From contig CAXHJY010001592.1 of the NCBI GenBank assembly GCA_964016885.1, positions 8,071-72,070 on the forward strand: a stretch of 64,000 nt of DNA, given 5' to 3'. The notes beneath the pieces were generated by a model, which ran no database searches, was not told where the DNA came from, and saw nothing but the letters and a program-made list of their open reading frames with translations. A program made the position numbers and the translations under genes. Positions within the stretch are counted from its first letter, which is position 1. Every line of letters starts with the position of its first letter. Origin of the DNA: Eledone cirrhosa. Taxonomy: Eukaryota. Below are positions 57,483 through 64,000 of the stretch, piece after piece.

Positions 57483-57837
57483 CATATATATTCATACACA
57501 CACACGACTTCCGTGTTATTGATAAATAAAGAAAGTATATATGTAAAAAAGTGGTGAGACGTGTGCATAGATAAATCAACAAAATATTTTGTTATTTAAA
57601 TTTGCCCGAGGAAGTCAACAAAGAACAAAAACAAGTGTTGTGAAAAAGTAGTTGTCACATTCTTGCCTGGAACAGTCAGCCGCGTGGTTGTGTATGTAAT
57701 ATATACAGACGCACACACACTTCTGTCTATCTATATAATATATATTATATATATAAATACAGACACACACTTCTATTTATTTATTTATCTATCTATAAAT
57801 ACATACATACATATATATTTATAGCTGTGAGCTGTAT

Positions 57838-57870
<33 letters not shown>

Positions 57871-59642
57871 GAACACAGCCACACTTCTATCCATCTATCT
57901 ATCCACAGTCACTCCCACCCCCATATTTCTATATATATATATCTACATCTATATAAATACATCTATACCTATACATTATTTCTACTATTAGACGAAGGAA
58001 ATACATAGATAAGATAAGTAAAGTTTAAAAGGATATAAAATTTTGGATAATTTACTGACCAATACCTACAATTATGGCGGCAGAGACCAACAACACCAAC
58101 GGCCACACCAACGGAGAATTAACTACATTTATGAAAAACAAATATGAACATATTTTTCATCTTCTTTATGGTAAGTAAAATCTACTTATTATGACTAAGG
58201 ACTGAAGACCGATATTTTTCTTCTTTAGATGAACGCTCAACTTTTACAAGTTTCACTTGATGGGAAAATAAGGGTAGCGAGAGAGAAGTGGTGCTTTCTA
58301 GCTAATCTGTTGAAAGGTGTATGATAGTGGCGAGCATGGTCCGAATGAACAAGCCCGTTCTGACCATGCACCTGTAGATTGAAGGGCAATTGGGAGAAGT
58401 TACTTGGTTTAAGGCTTTGGGTGACCGTGGCTTTTTCGTGGGTTTTTTCCACGTGTGGCCTTCTGAAGTTTCCGCCTTTTGGGGGATTTTCTTTGTTTTA
58501 AGTTTATTGTTACATCTTTTCTTTTTTTTTTTTTGTCCCCGTTACTTTTCATTTTTACATGTTCCCACAAAATCACACTGTATCATATTATACCTCCTTA
58601 ATATTTAAAACCTTTTGTGGTTAATAAAGAAAACTTTATCACCGGACTCGATAAACTAAAATGCCAGTTCAGCACTAGTTTCTATTTAATCGACTTTCCG
58701 ATGTTTATAATGTTCATTGTAATATATATGCGAACCCTTTCTGGTTAATTAATGAAACAATTATTATCATTATATTATATTTTACTATGAAAAACATAAG
58801 TGCGTGTGAGGGAGCCTCTACGTGATTGTCCGATCTGCTAAAAATTGCAGCTAAACTTCTCCCTTATCAAATATCAATCTTGAACAATAGGGTGGTAGGC
58901 GACATACTATAGATATTTGGGATATGAAGCTAGACAATTCCGATGAAAGATTTGTGCTATTGTTGTTGTACTGTCCTGCAATGTCGTGGGCCCTTGTGGC
59001 CAATATAAGATATACATACCGTGCACACACGCACCATACACGCACACACACATATCATACAAACAACATACGCACACCGTATACATACACACACATACAC
59101 ACACACATACACCACCCGCGCCGGCGGAGGATCCTAATCGTAACCCTAACGTGTATGTGGATATACGCGAGGAATTTGGTAAATCGAACATGATATTTTC
59201 GTTTTCTTATTTCCAGATCCGTTGTTGGGGACTACCTATATTTTTAAGGAGAGAGAGAATTGTTTGGTCTCCTATTACCGCTGATCCAGCTGCTTTTTTA
59301 GGGGTTCTTAAAAGTTCACTGGTATCTGAAACATATTTTATAACCCCTTAAAACTACATATTTTATGTAACCATAAAGGAGGTTATGGTGTGATTTGATA
59401 GACTTTTAGCTGTTATTTCTAGCATCTCTTCGAACTACCTCGTACTGTCTCTTGCTGGTTCAATAAGCACAGTTTTATTATTTACTATTTACAATTGATT
59501 AGCTGACAGCACATTTTGTGCTCACGGACTACATTCTGTACAGAAGCAGGCTTGTGTTGTGTATGTGTGTGTATGTATATATACTTTTACCTGTTCCAGT
59601 CATCCGGCTGCAGCTTACTGGGGCACCGAATATATATATATA

Positions 59643-59857
59643 TCAGAAAGGGTGTGGTAAAATACCAGGTTGACCATAAACCCAACAGAGTACTCGATAC
59701 TTGGGGTAGTTAGTGGGTACTATGAAAAGATTCAGGACCCCGACGGCTGAGCTCCGGTCGTTTCGACAGCTAGATTCGAACAATCTGTCGAACAGCTGTT
59801 CAGATCTAGTTGTCGAAACGCCCGGAGCTCAGCCGTCGGGGTCCTGAATCTTTTCAT
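59643..59857 (-). mobile_element. Hairpin element, copy 3 (diverged)
   Basis: 59722-59857 palindrome; homologous tail on the minus strand (acccactaactaccccaagtatcgagtactctg). Confidence 0.75.
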
Positions 59858-59983
59858 CTATCTATCTATCTATCTATTTCTGACTGACTGAATACGCACG
59901 TGCGTTTTTTTTTCCCTCCTTTTTTCCCGTTCCTTCCTCTTCTCATTCTTTATCTTTTCTATTTTATCTTTTATTTCTAACTC

Positions 59984-60022
59984 TATCTTCTGATGAAAGA
60001 CTAGTGTCCGAAATGTTAAGAC
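59984..60022 (+). ncRNA. Minimal hammerhead-like motif
   Basis: tctt-CTGATGA-aagac tagt gtcc-GAAA-tg-TT-aaga. Confidence 0.5.
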
Positions 60023-60248
60023 TCTTTTCCTGTTATTTCAAGCGTTAAACTAATATATTTCTTCAATCTACTGTGTCGTTTATATAGGATATAATGCTCG
60101 ACGGTGTAGCTTAAACCGTTTCGGTGGCTACATGATTTAAGCTTGACCGCCGGGAATTATACCCAATATCTGTATATAGCCTATTTAGTTAATTATGGAG
60201 TTCTAAGTTGAATAACGCTGTTACTGGGCTTAACTAGTAACATTTCTC

Positions 60249-64000
<3,752 letters not shown>

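Overview
This is a eukaryotic, very AT-rich window saturated with microsatellites and made almost entirely of repeats. The SINE types and microsatellite density suggest a cephalopod (Octopus-like) genome, but that is an inference. No host protein-coding gene is recognisable, and most listed ORFs are translations of microsatellites. The real coding material is retroelement-derived: one near-complete Penelope-like element (PLE; RT + GIY-YIG, 38329-40680, minus), several PLE fragments, Tx1/L1, R4/Dong-type, CRE-type and RTE fragments, and a Helitron helicase fragment. There are also MITEs and many tRNA-derived SINEs. Three signals stand out. (1) There are about 15-20 minimal hammerhead-ribozyme (HHR) motifs. 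(2) Non-coding tandem units of ~470 and ~424 bp each carry one HHR and an octamer motif, making them retrozyme / newt satellite-2-like. (3) A palindromic (fold-back) architecture recurs in PLEs and HHR repeats alike; where orientation can be read, 3' ends point outward into (TA)n tracts. A ~200-bp hairpin element family carries only the GAAA-stemIII-GUC half of a hammerhead. Different retroelement families appear to occupy different microsatellites. Coordinates were read by eye and may be off by a few bases.
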